Assembly: GCA_040905425.1 (NCBI GenBank)
Contig: JBBDRO010000054.1
Span: forward strand, 1 to 34,984
Origin: Gemmatimonadota bacterium
GTDB taxonomy: Bacteria > Gemmatimonadota > Gemmatimonadetes > Longimicrobiales > RSA9
DNA: 34,984 bases
Direction: 5' to 3'
Under the pieces are notes generated by a model. It was given only the letters and a program-made list of their open reading frames with translations, made no database searches and was not told where the DNA came from. Below, piece after piece: positions 18,697 through 28,480 of the stretch. The first letter of the stretch is position 1, and each line of letters opens with the position of its first letter. The position numbers and the translations under genes are program-made.

Positions 18697-19974
18697 TTAA
18701 AGCACCGGTGCCACGAGCCTGGAGAGCCGCTCCTTGATCCGGTCCGTGGCGGGGCGGGCGCGGAGTTCTTCGAGGCTCACCTCACGCGCGAAGCTCAGAT
18801 CGGCGCGGAAGGCGTCCTCCAGCTCGGTGGCAATGGCGGCGTCACGCACTAGCAGGGCCACCTCGTCATTCAGCGCCATGGAGCGGTTGTCGAAGTTTAT
18901 GGTGCTCACGCAGCTCCACATACCGTCGGCCACGAGCGTCTTGGCGTGCACCATGCCCGGCCCGTATTCGAAGATCCGCACGCCGGCCTCCAGGAGAACC
19001 TGCTGTGCGGGACGTCCCGCGTGATAGGTGGACATGCGGTCCGTGTTGCGGCCGGGGGTGAGGACGCGCACGTCCACGCCGCGGCGCGCCGCCTGGCGGA
19101 GCACCTCCTGCAGCCCCTCGTCCGGGACGAAGTAGGCGTTGGTCAGGTAGAGGCGCTCACGGGCGGCGAAGATGGTGGCCGCGAAGAAGCGCTCCGCCAC
19201 CGTACTGCCGTAGGAGGGGGCGGCGAACAGGACGCCGGCTTCGTGGGGGCCGGCCTGCTGCCCATCGTCCAGCTCGAAGAGGTCCCGGCCGATCATCAGC
19301 TGCCCGGTGGCCTCCGCCCAGTTGGCCGCGAAGGCGGCCTGGAGCTGATCCACCACGGGCCCCCGGCAGCGCGCGTTGGTGTCCCGCCACTCGTCCGGGG
19401 CGCGGCCCCCGCCCATCCAGCGGTCATCGATGCCGAACCCCCCGGTGTAGCCCACCCGCGCGTCGATCACCACCGTGCGCATGTGGGAGCGGTGCTGGAA
19501 CTTGTAGAGCTTGCTCCAGTGCAGCGGGCGGAAGACGGTGACCTCCACGCCGGCTGCGCGCAGGCCGTCCAGGTACTCGTCCCCGATCCCGTTCGCGCCC
19601 ACGCGGTCGAAGAGCGCCAGCACCTTCACCCCCGCCCGGGCACGCTCCGTCAATACCTGGCGCACCCGTTCGGCCAGCCGGCCGGGCTTGAACCAGAACA
19701 CCTGCCAGGTGATGAGCGTGCGCGCGCCGGCCAGCTCTTCGAACAGGCGGTCGTAGGTCTGCTCACCATTGAAGAGCAGCTCCACCTGGTTGCCGCGTGA
19801 CATGGTGGTGTTGGTGTGCAGCTTGATGGATTCCAGGAAGCGCGGGTCCTCGATGGCCACCGGCTCACAATCGGTCAGCGTTCGGCAGGTGTGCACGGCC
19901 GTGCCGCGCGTCAGGTATTGCCAGAGGAGGGCGAGCGCCGCCGCGAGCAGGAGGGAAAGCAGGAGTGTGGCCAC
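18697..19974 (-). CDS. cls: Cardiolipin synthase-like phospholipase D
   Basis: GNQVELL.NG, TGGFGI, WRDT, GPVV..LQ..F...W, TNAYFVP, HAKTLVAD, NFDNRS..LNDE. The first HKD motif reads HMRTVVID. Confidence 0.88.
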   Translation of the reverse strand: MATLLLSLLLAAALALLWQYLTRGTAVHTCRTLTDCEPVAIEDPRFLESIKLHTNTTMSRGNQVELLFNGEQTYDRLFEELAGARTLITWQVFWFKPGRLAERVRQVLTERARAGVKVLALFDRVGANGIGDEYLDGLRAAGVEVTVFRPLHWSKLYKFQHRSHMRTVVIDARVGYTGGFGIDDRWMGGGRAPDEWRDTNARCRGPVVDQLQAAFAANWAEATGQLMIGRDLFELDDGQQAGPHEAGVLFAAPSYGSTVAERFFAATIFAARERLYLTNAYFVPDEGLQEVLRQAARRGVDVRVLTPGRNTDRMSTYHAGRPAQQVLLEAGVRIFEYGPGMVHAKTLVADGMWSCVSTINFDNRSMALNDEVALLVRDAAIATELEDAFRADLSFAREVSLEELRARPATDRIKERLSRLVAPVL

Positions 19975-20124
19975 GGTGCGCCTCGGTGCGTTCAGGGGAT
20001 CCCGGACCGGGCTGCATGAAAGGTTCGGGCCAGCGGGGACGGCGGCGGCGCGCGCCGGCTCGCCGGGGCGCCCCGACGGATGTTATGTTCGCCCTTTCCC
20101 TGCACGCACCCGGACCCCGCAGAC

Positions 20125-22095
20125 ATGCACCAACGGCTCCTGAATCGGCTAAAATTCATCCTCGAGCGCCTCATGGTGCGGGGCGCCCGCTACCAGCTCC
20201 TGGTGGTGGCGTGCGTCATCGGGCTGGTGTCCGTGCTCGCGGGCGGGCTGGTCCACTGGTGGGGGCACGGTTGGGAGCTGGATTTCGGTGAATCCCTCTG
20301 GTGGGCATTCCTGCGCCTCACCGATCCGGGCTACCTGGGTGATGACCGGCTCGGGGAGGTGGGGCTGCTGGCGGTGGTGGTCTCCACCCTCCTCACGGTG
20401 GCAGGCTACGTCCTCTTCCTGGGCGCGCTGGTGGCCATTCTCACGCAGTGGCTCATCGAAGCCATGGAGGAGCTGGAGAGCGGGCTCACCCCCATCGCGC
20501 TGAACGACCACATCCTGGTGCTGGGCTGGACCAATCGGACGCCCACCATCGTCAAGGAGCTGCTCCTCTCGGAGGGGCGCGTGCGCCGTTTCCTGCGGCG
20601 GCGGCGCACGCGCACCCTGAATATTGCCGTCCTGGCCGAGAAGGTGACCGCGGCGCTGCGCCAGGACTTCCGGGACCGCCTGGGCTCCCTCTGGAATGAG
20701 CGCCAGATCACGCTGCGCACCGGTACGCCGCTCCGCCTGGAGCACCTGCGCAGGGTGGACTTTGCCAACGCGGCGGCCATCGTGCTGCCGGCCACCGACT
20801 TTGCCGCCGGGGGCACGGCGGCCAATGACACCCGCATCATCAAGACGCTCCTCTCCATCACCAATCACCCCGCGGCCCGGGAGGCGGACAGGGTGCTGCC
20901 GCTGGTGGTGGCCGAGCTCTTCGACGCGCGCAAGATCCGCGTGGCCCGCCGCGCCTACGGGGGCGACGTGGAGATCCTGGCCAGCGACGCCATCGTGAGC
21001 CGGCTGGTGGCCCAGAACGTCCGCCACCCGGGCCTCTCACGCGTCTTCCGGGAGCTGCTCACGCACGGGCGCGGCAATGAGATCTACGTGCGCGATTGCG
21101 GTGCCCTCGCGGGGCGCCGGCTGCAGGACCTGGCGGCGGCGTTCCCCGAAGCCGTGCTGCTGGGCGCGGTGCGGCGGGATGCGCGCTCGTACCGGCCGTT
21201 TCTGAATCCGCCCGACGGCTTCACGCTGGAGCCCGGTGACGGCCTCGTCCTGCTGGCCCGCTCCTACGCGGAGACCGCGCCCGACCCGGCGGCCGTGGGG
21301 GCGCCCGTGGTGCGCGGGCTGCCGCCGGTGAGCGAACCACCCGTGGCGGCGGCGCGCCGCATTCTGGTGCTGGGCTGGAGCCACAAGGTGCCCGCCCTGC
21401 TGGAGGAGTTCGACAGTTACGTGGGGGAGGTCTTCGAGATCGACGTGGTCTCGACGGTGAGCGTGGAGGAGCGCGAAACCCGCCTGCGCCGGCGCGCCTT
21501 CGAGCCTGCGCGGGTGCGGGCCACGCAGCTGGACGCGGACTACACCGCGCCGTCCGATCTGGCGCGCCTGGAGCCCGCCGGCTACGACAACATCGTCATG
21601 ATGGGCAGTGACTGGCTCGGCAGCGGCGAGGAATCGGATGCCCGCACGATCATGGGCTACCTGCTGCTGCGTGAGATCCTGCCGGTGACCGGCGGCCCCG
21701 AACTGCTCGTCGAGCTCCTAGATCCGGGCAACGTGGGCCTCTTCCGCAAGCGGCCTGGCGAGGTACTGATCAGTCCCCTCATCCTGAGTCACATGATGGC
21801 GCAGGTGGCGCTCCGTCGGGAGCTGCGCGCCGTCTTCGACGAGCTGTTCGGCGCGCGCGGCGCCGAGATCCAGTTCCATGCGGCGCGCCCCTACACCGGC
21901 GGCGCGCCCGTGGAGTTCGCGGACATTGCCCGCGCCGCGGCGGCCGGCGGCGCCATCGCGCTGGGCGTGGTGACGCGGCGGCCGCATGACGAGCTCCACT
22001 CCCTGCTGCGGCTCAACCCGTCCGCGCGCACGCGCCTGGAGCTCAGCGATCACGACCAGGTGGTGATTCTGACCACCAAGACGGGCGCGGGCTGA
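20125..22095 (+). CDS. CASTOR/POLLUX (DMI1)-related putative ion channel with two RCK domains
   Basis: TM-pore-TM with WWAFLRLTDPGYLGDD; HILVLGW; GTPL...L.RV; second RCK RILVLGWS; ESDARTI; EL.AVFDELF...GAEI. Confidence 0.85.
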   Translation: MHQRLLNRLKFILERLMVRGARYQLLVVACVIGLVSVLAGGLVHWWGHGWELDFGESLWWAFLRLTDPGYLGDDRLGEVGLLAVVVSTLLTVAGYVLFLGALVAILTQWLIEAMEELESGLTPIALNDHILVLGWTNRTPTIVKELLLSEGRVRRFLRRRRTRTLNIAVLAEKVTAALRQDFRDRLGSLWNERQITLRTGTPLRLEHLRRVDFANAAAIVLPATDFAAGGTAANDTRIIKTLLSITNHPAAREADRVLPLVVAELFDARKIRVARRAYGGDVEILASDAIVSRLVAQNVRHPGLSRVFRELLTHGRGNEIYVRDCGALAGRRLQDLAAAFPEAVLLGAVRRDARSYRPFLNPPDGFTLEPGDGLVLLARSYAETAPDPAAVGAPVVRGLPPVSEPPVAAARRILVLGWSHKVPALLEEFDSYVGEVFEIDVVSTVSVEERETRLRRRAFEPARVRATQLDADYTAPSDLARLEPAGYDNIVMMGSDWLGSGEESDARTIMGYLLLREILPVTGGPELLVELLDPGNVGLFRKRPGEVLISPLILSHMMAQVALRRELRAVFDELFGARGAEIQFHAARPYTGGAPVEFADIARAAAAGGAIALGVVTRRPHDELHSLLRLNPSARTRLELSDHDQVVILTTKTGAG

Positions 22096-22097
22096 GC

Positions 22098-23027
22098 ATG
22101 TGCGAGCGGATCGTTTCCATGCTGGCCAGCGGCACCGAGATTGTGGCCGCGCTGGGACTCGAGGACCGCCTGGTGGCCATCTCCCACGAGTGTGACCACC
22201 CGGCCGCCGTGCTGGACCGGCCGCGCGTGTCCCGCACGCGCTTCGATCCCGCCGGCATGACCAGCGGGGAGGTGGACCGGGCGGTGCGGGCCGCCATGGC
22301 CGAGCACGGTGGCGTCTACCAGGTGGACGGGGAGCTGCTGGAGGAGCTGGCGCCCGACCTGGTGCTCACGCAGGCCGTGTGCGAGGTGTGCGCCGTGCCC
22401 ACACCGGGCGTGCGCAACGAGGTGGCGCGGCGCGGCATGCACGCGCAGGTGCTGTCCCTGGACGCGCACACCCTGGAGGAGATCCTGGCCACCATCGGGG
22501 CGGTGGGGCGGGCGGCGGGCGTGCCCGAGCGGGCGGCCCGGCTAGTGGCGGAACTGCGTGATCGGCTGAGCGCCGTGGCCGCGGCGGTGGCCGGCGCGGC
22601 CCGCCCCCGCGTGCTGGCGGTCGAGTGGCTGGATCCGCCCTTCATTCCCGGCCACTGGGTGCCGGAGCTGGTGAGCGCCGCCGGCGGGGAGATGCTCATC
22701 GGCCGCGCCGGCACGCACTCGGAGGAGGTTCCCTGGGCGGAGCTCCACGGCCTGGATCCGGATGCGCTCGTGATCATGCCCTGCGGCTTCGATCTGGCGG
22801 CCACCCGGCAGGACGCGGCGCGTCACGCCCAACCGCTCGCCGCCGCCGCGCCCCGTGCCGTGGCGGAGGGCCGTGCCTGGCTCGTGGACGGCTCGGCCTA
22901 CTTCAACCGCTCGGGGCCGCGCGCCGTGGACGGCGTGGAGATCCTGGCCGCCCTGCTGCACCCGGAGCGCTTCACCACGGAGCTGACCTCACGCGCGGAG
23001 GCGTGGCGCACGGGCGCCCCCTCCTGA
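22098..23027 (+). CDS. BtuF/TroA-like ('cobalamin-binding') protein without signal peptide
   Basis: RIVSML.S.TEIV.ALG, SHECDHP, PDLVLTQ..CEVC, EWLDPP..PGHWVPE, MPCGF, YFNRSGPR.VDGVE; starts 2 bp after the channel gene. Confidence 0.85.
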   Translation: MCERIVSMLASGTEIVAALGLEDRLVAISHECDHPAAVLDRPRVSRTRFDPAGMTSGEVDRAVRAAMAEHGGVYQVDGELLEELAPDLVLTQAVCEVCAVPTPGVRNEVARRGMHAQVLSLDAHTLEEILATIGAVGRAAGVPERAARLVAELRDRLSAVAAAVAGAARPRVLAVEWLDPPFIPGHWVPELVSAAGGEMLIGRAGTHSEEVPWAELHGLDPDALVIMPCGFDLAATRQDAARHAQPLAAAAPRAVAEGRAWLVDGSAYFNRSGPRAVDGVEILAALLHPERFTTELTSRAEAWRTGAPS

Positions 23028-23049
23028 TTATCCTTCACCGGAGCATGCC

Positions 23050-24849
23050 ATGAGCACCATGGAGACGTTGGTTCCAGGCGACGACGCCGGACGAACCTCC
23101 CCGCGTCCACCCGAGCCTGCCGGCGCACCTCCTGAGCCTGCCGGCGCACCGCCCGAGCGCTCGACCGCCGCGCTGGACCGGCGCGCGTTCATGGGCTGGT
23201 TCTCCTCGGTGGGCCTGGGCAGCACCCTGCTCCCGGGGGTGCTCTGGGCGCAGGCGCAGGAGCAGGAGACCGTCACGCCGGCGATGGTGCAGGCCGCCGC
23301 GGAGATCGCCGGGCTGGAGTTCACGGAGGAAGAGCGCGAGCAGATCGCGCGTGGCATACGCAACAACGCCCGCAACTGGGAGGAGCTGCGGGCCGTGCCG
23401 CTGCCCAACAGCGTGGTGCCCGCGGTGCAGTTCGATCCCGTGGTGCCGGGGGTGAACTGGGACGCCCGCCAGCTGCCCATGCGCATGAGCCCCGACCGGG
23501 GCGTGCGTCGGCCCGGCAACCTCGAGGAGGTGGCCTTCTGGTCGGTACGTGACCTGGCCGAGCTGGTGCGCACGCGGCAGGTCACGCCGGGCGAGCTCAC
23601 GCGCATGTACCTGGACCGTCTGAAGCGCCACGGCCCCACGCTGGAGGCGGTGGTCAATCTCACCGAGGACCGGGCGCTCCGGCAGGCGGAGGCCATGGAC
23701 CGGGAGATCGCGGCCGGCCACTACCGCGGGCCGCTGCACGGCATCCCGTGGGGCGCCAAGGATCTGCTGGCGGTCAGGGGCTACCCCACCACGTGGGGCG
23801 CCGAGCCGTACGTGGAGCAGGTGCTGGACTATGACGCCACGGTGGTGGAGCGGCTGGACGCGGCGGGCGCCATCCTGGTGGCCAAGCTCACGCTGGGCGC
23901 GCTGGCGCAGGGGGACCGCTGGTTCGGCGGCCAGACGAAGAGCCCCTGGAACCTGGAGCGTGGCTCGAGCGGCTCCTCCGCCGGTCCCGGCTCGACCACG
24001 GCCGCCGGGCTGGTGGGCTTTGCCATCGGCAGTGAGACGCTGGGCTCCATTGCCTCCCCTTCGGCACGCAACGGCAACACCGGCCTGCGGCCCAGCTTCG
24101 GCTACATCAGCCGGCACGGCGCCATGGCACTGTCGTGGAGCATGGACAAGCTGGGCCCCATGTGCCGCTACGCCGAGGACTGCGCGCTCGTGCTGGCCGC
24201 CGTCCGTGGGCCGGACGGCCGCGATCTCACCCTGCGGGACATCCCCTTCAACTGGGACGCTGCCGTGGGGCCGCGCGACCTCCGCATCGGCTATCTCCGC
24301 GCCGCGTTCGAGAGTGACAACCTCTCGGACTTCGACCGCGCTGCGCTCACCGTGGTGCGCGAGCTCGCGGGGCAACCGCTGGTGCCTGTGGACCTCCCCG
24401 ACCAGTACCCGGTCGGCGCCGTGCGCGCCGCCGTGCTGGCGGTGGAGGCGGCCGCAGCCTTCGACGACCTCACGCGCAGCGAGCGGGACAACCTCATGGA
24501 GGAGCGCAGCTCCTGGCCGCGCACCTTCCGCAACGCCCGCTTCACGCCGGCCGTGGAATACATCAACGCCAACCGGGTGCGCACGCTCATCATGCACGCC
24601 ATGCAGGACGTCATGAAGGACGTGGACGTGGTGGTGGCACCCGGTACGGGCGGCGCCGCGCTCACGCTGACGAACCTCACCGGACACCCGCAGGTGATCC
24701 TGCCCGACGGCTTCAGCCAGGGCGGCGAGCCCACGGCGCTCTCCTTCATCGGCGGGCTCTACAAGGACGCGGCCGTGCTGGCCGTGGCCCGGGCCTACCA
24801 GGACGCCACGGAATTCCACCTGCGCCGGCCCCCGCTCTTCACACCCTGA
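23050..24849 (+). CDS. Amidase-signature family enzyme, Tat-exported
   Basis: DRRAFM twin-arginine motif; GPLHGIPWGAKD (Lys), GSSGSSAG, GSETLGSI (Ser) triad motifs. Confidence 0.92.
   Translation: MSTMETLVPGDDAGRTSPRPPEPAGAPPEPAGAPPERSTAALDRRAFMGWFSSVGLGSTLLPGVLWAQAQEQETVTPAMVQAAAEIAGLEFTEEEREQIARGIRNNARNWEELRAVPLPNSVVPAVQFDPVVPGVNWDARQLPMRMSPDRGVRRPGNLEEVAFWSVRDLAELVRTRQVTPGELTRMYLDRLKRHGPTLEAVVNLTEDRALRQAEAMDREIAAGHYRGPLHGIPWGAKDLLAVRGYPTTWGAEPYVEQVLDYDATVVERLDAAGAILVAKLTLGALAQGDRWFGGQTKSPWNLERGSSGSSAGPGSTTAAGLVGFAIGSETLGSIASPSARNGNTGLRPSFGYISRHGAMALSWSMDKLGPMCRYAEDCALVLAAVRGPDGRDLTLRDIPFNWDAAVGPRDLRIGYLRAAFESDNLSDFDRAALTVVRELAGQPLVPVDLPDQYPVGAVRAAVLAVEAAAAFDDLTRSERDNLMEERSSWPRTFRNARFTPAVEYINANRVRTLIMHAMQDVMKDVDVVVAPGTGGAALTLTNLTGHPQVILPDGFSQGGEPTALSFIGGLYKDAAVLAVARAYQDATEFHLRRPPLFTP
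23107..23158 (+). repeat. 21-bp in-frame tandem repeat (PPEPAGA x2.4)
   Basis: CCnCCyGAGCCTGCCGGCGCA at 23107 and 23128, partial copy at 23149. Confidence 0.85.
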
Positions 24850-24867
24850 AACGCGTTTCTGGAAAGC

Positions 24868-24905
24868 GACGAGGGGGCCGCCCGTCACCGGGCGGCCCCC
24901 TCGTC
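24868..24905. terminator. Terminator hairpin between convergent genes
   Basis: 17-bp perfect stem GACGAGGGGGCCGCCCG / CGGGCGGCCCCCTCGTC with a 4-nt loop. Confidence 0.75.
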
Positions 24906-24931
24906 CATGGGCCCGGCCAGCCGCGCGGCAG

Positions 24932-26677
24932 CTAGCGGTGCTTGCGTTCCTCCTTCAGCCGCTGGTGCACCAGCTCATTCTCCTCCCAGGGCTTGCGCTC
25001 GAAGTAGCTCTTCGACATCTCCGCCACCTGGCCGGAGAGCAGGAGCAGCGCCAGCAGATTGGGCAGGATGACGATGGCCAGGAAGACGTCACCCAGATCC
25101 CAGAGCGCGGCCAGCGGGACCACCGCGCCCACGTAGTGCATGATCACGTAGACCATGCGGTAGGGCAGGATGGCGCGCGATCCGAAGATGTAATTGGCGC
25201 ACCGGTCGCCGTAGTAGCTCCATGCTATGGCGGTGGAGATGGAGAAGAGGATGACGCCCATCATGACGATCCAGCCGCCCAGCCCGGGGATGTTGGCCAG
25301 CCCACGCTCGAAGCCCATGATGGTGAGCGGCGCGCCCGTCTCCACGGCATCGCCCCACAGGGAGCGGAACTCGGCACCGTCTGCGTCCACGGCCATGCCG
25401 TCCGCGGGCCGGATGACACCCGTGAAGGGAACAGTCTGGTTTTCGTCCACAAAGAACCGGTCCACTGTGGCGTCGTGCCAGGCGAAGCGCGCGTCCCCGA
25501 TCCCGGCGGCCACCGGATTGCCGTTCGCGATCTCGATCTGTGCCGGCGTGTTCGTGGCCCGGATACGGCCTTCGGCATCCGCCGCCACGTAGCTGATGTC
25601 CCCGCTGGTGAGCGCCAGCTCCGTGGGATGTTTGTCATCCCACACCGCCGTCATGATCACCACCATCCCCGTCAGCGTGCAGATGACGATGGTGTCGATG
25701 AACGGCTCGAGCAGGGCCACCACGCCCTCCGAGACCGGCTCGTCCGTCTTGGCGGCGGCGTGCGCGATGGGGGCGGAACCCTGGCCGGCCTCGTTGGAGA
25801 AGAGGCCGCGCCGCACGCCCCACATGAGGGTCACCACGAAGGCGCCCATGCCCGCGCCCGCCACACCCGCGGTGGGATTGAAGGCCTCGCGGAAGATGAG
25901 CGCGAAGGTTGGCACCACCTCACCGATGTTGAGCACGATGACGAGCAGGGCGCCGAAGACGTAGATGGCCGCCATGAGCGGCGCCAGGATGCTCGTCACG
26001 CGACCGATGCGCTGGATCCCGCCGATGATGACCAGCCCCACGATGGTGGCGCTCACGGCCCCGGTCACATACGGGGAGATGGCCCACCGGGAGGTTTCCA
26101 TGGTGTCGGCCAGCGTGTTGGCCTGGATGCCGTTGCCGGTGAGGAAGGCGGTGAAACCCAGCAGCACCGCGAAGAAGATGGCCAGCGGCTTCCACTTCGG
26201 CCCCAGCCCGCGCTCGATGTAGTACATGGGTCCACCGGACACGGAGCCTTCCCATTTCCGGGCGTCCTTGTCCGGCCGCTCGTCGCGATAGCGCAGCGCC
26301 AGCGTCACCTCGGTGTACTTCACGGCCATGCCGAAGAAGGCCGTCACCCACATCCAGAAGAGCGCGCCCGGGCCGCCGTAGTGGATGGCAATGGCCACAC
26401 CCGCGATGTTGCCGATGCCCACCGTGGCGGAGAGGGCCGTGGTGAGGGCCTGGAAGTGGGAGACGTCCCCGGGTTCATTCGGATCGTCGTACTTCCCCGA
26501 GGTGACGCCGAACCCGTGTCCCAGACGCTTCAGCTGGATGAAACCAAGCCGGACCGTGAGGTAGAGTCCGGTGCCGAGGAGGGCAATCACCATGAACGGG
26601 ATCGTCTCGTCGCCCACGGGGACACCGAGATTGGTCAGCATGCTGAGGGTTTCGACGAGCCATTCGACCAGTTGCAT
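24932..26677 (-). CDS. Alanine/glycine:cation symporter (AGCS, AlsT-like)
   Basis: FQAL.TALSATVGIGNIAGVA, GGPGALFWMW, GGPMYYI, RGLFSNEAGQGSAP, FIDTIVICT, WSYYG. Confidence 0.95.
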   Translation of the reverse strand: MQLVEWLVETLSMLTNLGVPVGDETIPFMVIALLGTGLYLTVRLGFIQLKRLGHGFGVTSGKYDDPNEPGDVSHFQALTTALSATVGIGNIAGVAIAIHYGGPGALFWMWVTAFFGMAVKYTEVTLALRYRDERPDKDARKWEGSVSGGPMYYIERGLGPKWKPLAIFFAVLLGFTAFLTGNGIQANTLADTMETSRWAISPYVTGAVSATIVGLVIIGGIQRIGRVTSILAPLMAAIYVFGALLVIVLNIGEVVPTFALIFREAFNPTAGVAGAGMGAFVVTLMWGVRRGLFSNEAGQGSAPIAHAAAKTDEPVSEGVVALLEPFIDTIVICTLTGMVVIMTAVWDDKHPTELALTSGDISYVAADAEGRIRATNTPAQIEIANGNPVAAGIGDARFAWHDATVDRFFVDENQTVPFTGVIRPADGMAVDADGAEFRSLWGDAVETGAPLTIMGFERGLANIPGLGGWIVMMGVILFSISTAIAWSYYGDRCANYIFGSRAILPYRMVYVIMHYVGAVVPLAALWDLGDVFLAIVILPNLLALLLLSGQVAEMSKSYFERKPWEENELVHQRLKEERKHR

Positions 26678-26926
26678 ACATCACCTCGCGGGTGGGCGGG
26701 GCGCGGCCCCGCCCGGGGCGGGAGAACGCGGCTACGGTACAGGGCGGCACTGCGTGCCCGCACAGCATGCGCTGCTGCGATCACCACAGGATGCCAGAAT
26801 GCCCGGAGAAGGGAACGCGCCAACTTGCCCCCGCGACTCCGCCGCCGCAAGGGCCTCGCGCGCGTGCATGCTGTCCGTTAGGGTTCGGTGAGCGTCCGTT
26901 CCCGGCCCGCGCATCGTGGAGGATTC

Positions 26927-28480
26927 ATGCTTGGTTGTCGTATCCCGTTGCTCGTCCTGGCACTCGCGCTCGGCGCGTGCGCCGGCGCTCCCGAGCCCGT
27001 CGCCCCCGTACCCGGCGGTGGGACCCTCACGGAGGCCGCCACCGCCACGGCCGCGGCCACCATCACGCCTGAGGATTTCCGTCAGCGCATCGGCTTCCTG
27101 GCCAGCGACGAGCTACTCGGCCGCGACACGCCGAGTCCGGGGCTCGAGACGGCGGGCCGCTGGCTGGCCGACCAGTTCCGCGAGTTCGGTCTGCGCCCCG
27201 CCGGTGACGAGGGCGGCTACATGCACATGTGGAGCTACGATGTTCCCGTGGTGGATGCCGTCTTCGAACTGCGCCGCGGCAGCCAGACCGCGCCGGCAAC
27301 ATGGAAGCGGGAGTTCTTCATCATCCCCGGCGCCGGTCCCGTGACGGGGGACGCGGTGTGGGCCGGCTCCGCTACGCAGGGCGGCATGGCCGGGGGCGCG
27401 GGCATGGCCGGCAACGTGGCCTTTGTCTACCTGCCGGGGGAGGACCTGGATGCGGCGTTCCAGCAGGCCTTGCAGGCCGGCATGATGGGCGCCATGGCTG
27501 CCGGTGCGGCGGGGCTGGTGTTCGTCATGGACGCGCGCATGGAAGCGGGGCTCGTGGGTCAGATTGCCGCTAGCATCGGGCCCGGCCAGATTGCGCCCAT
27601 TCCCGTGGTGGGCATGAGTTACGCCACGGCCGAGCGGTTGCTGGCGGAGGTTGGGCAGGATCTGGACGTGCTGCGCAACCGCACAGGTGGAGAGGCGCAG
27701 GCGCTGGAGGGCGTGCGGGTGCAGACCGGCGCCACCGTCACCAGCAGCCCGGCGGAGGTGGCCAACGTGGCCGCCGTCCTGCCCGGCAGTGATCCGGAAT
27801 TGCGGGATACCTACGTCGTGCTGACCGCCCATTACGATCATACGGGCGTCGGCGCTCCGGACGCGTCCGGAGATTCCATCTTCAACGGCGCCGACGACGA
27901 TGCCTCCGGCACCGCCATGCTGGTGGAGGTGGCGCAGGCGCTGGCCACGCTCCCGGAGGCGCCCCGCCGCTCCGTCCTCTTCCTGGCCGTGAGCGGAGAG
28001 GAGAAGGGTCTGCTCGGCTCGGAGGCCTACGTGGACGATCCCACCGTGCCGCTGGAGCGGATCGTGGCCAACATCAACCTGGATATGGTGGGGCGGAACC
28101 ATCCGGATTCGGTGACGGCGATCGGGCTGGACTTCTCCTCGCTCGGACCGCTGGCCATGCGCATTGCGGCGGATAATCCGGAGCTGGGGCTGGTGATCGC
28201 GCCGGACATGCAGCCGGAGGAGAATCTTTTCGCGCGCAGTGACCACTTCAACTTTGCCAAGCACGAGATCCCGGCCATCTTCTTCACCACGGGCCTGCAC
28301 GACCAGTACCATCTGCAGGGGGACGAGGCGGAGCTGATCGCATGGGACAAGATCACGCGCATCGGCCGCCTGGTCTTCCATCTGACCCACGCGGTGGCGC
28401 AGGATCCCACGCCGCCGGCGTGGACGGACGAGGGGCTGGAGTTCGTGCGCGACGCCACGCGCCCACCCGGCAACGACTGA
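26927..28480 (+). CDS. M28-family metallopeptidase lipoprotein with PA-like insert
   Basis: Lipobox LGAC; LASDELLGR; TAHYDH, NGADDDASG, GEEKGL.GS, NLDMVG, RSDH, YH; GGAGG RBS before ATG 26927. Confidence 0.93.
   Translation: MLGCRIPLLVLALALGACAGAPEPVAPVPGGGTLTEAATATAAATITPEDFRQRIGFLASDELLGRDTPSPGLETAGRWLADQFREFGLRPAGDEGGYMHMWSYDVPVVDAVFELRRGSQTAPATWKREFFIIPGAGPVTGDAVWAGSATQGGMAGGAGMAGNVAFVYLPGEDLDAAFQQALQAGMMGAMAAGAAGLVFVMDARMEAGLVGQIAASIGPGQIAPIPVVGMSYATAERLLAEVGQDLDVLRNRTGGEAQALEGVRVQTGATVTSSPAEVANVAAVLPGSDPELRDTYVVLTAHYDHTGVGAPDASGDSIFNGADDDASGTAMLVEVAQALATLPEAPRRSVLFLAVSGEEKGLLGSEAYVDDPTVPLERIVANINLDMVGRNHPDSVTAIGLDFSSLGPLAMRIAADNPELGLVIAPDMQPEENLFARSDHFNFAKHEIPAIFFTTGLHDQYHLQGDEAELIAWDKITRIGRLVFHLTHAVAQDPTPPAWTDEGLEFVRDATRPPGND

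Noticed and set aside
26678..26926. Glycine riboswitch upstream of the AGCS symporter
   Set aside because: I found no GGAGA...CCGAAG...CTCTCAGG aptamer core on the minus strand. This was by eye; Infernal would be decisive.
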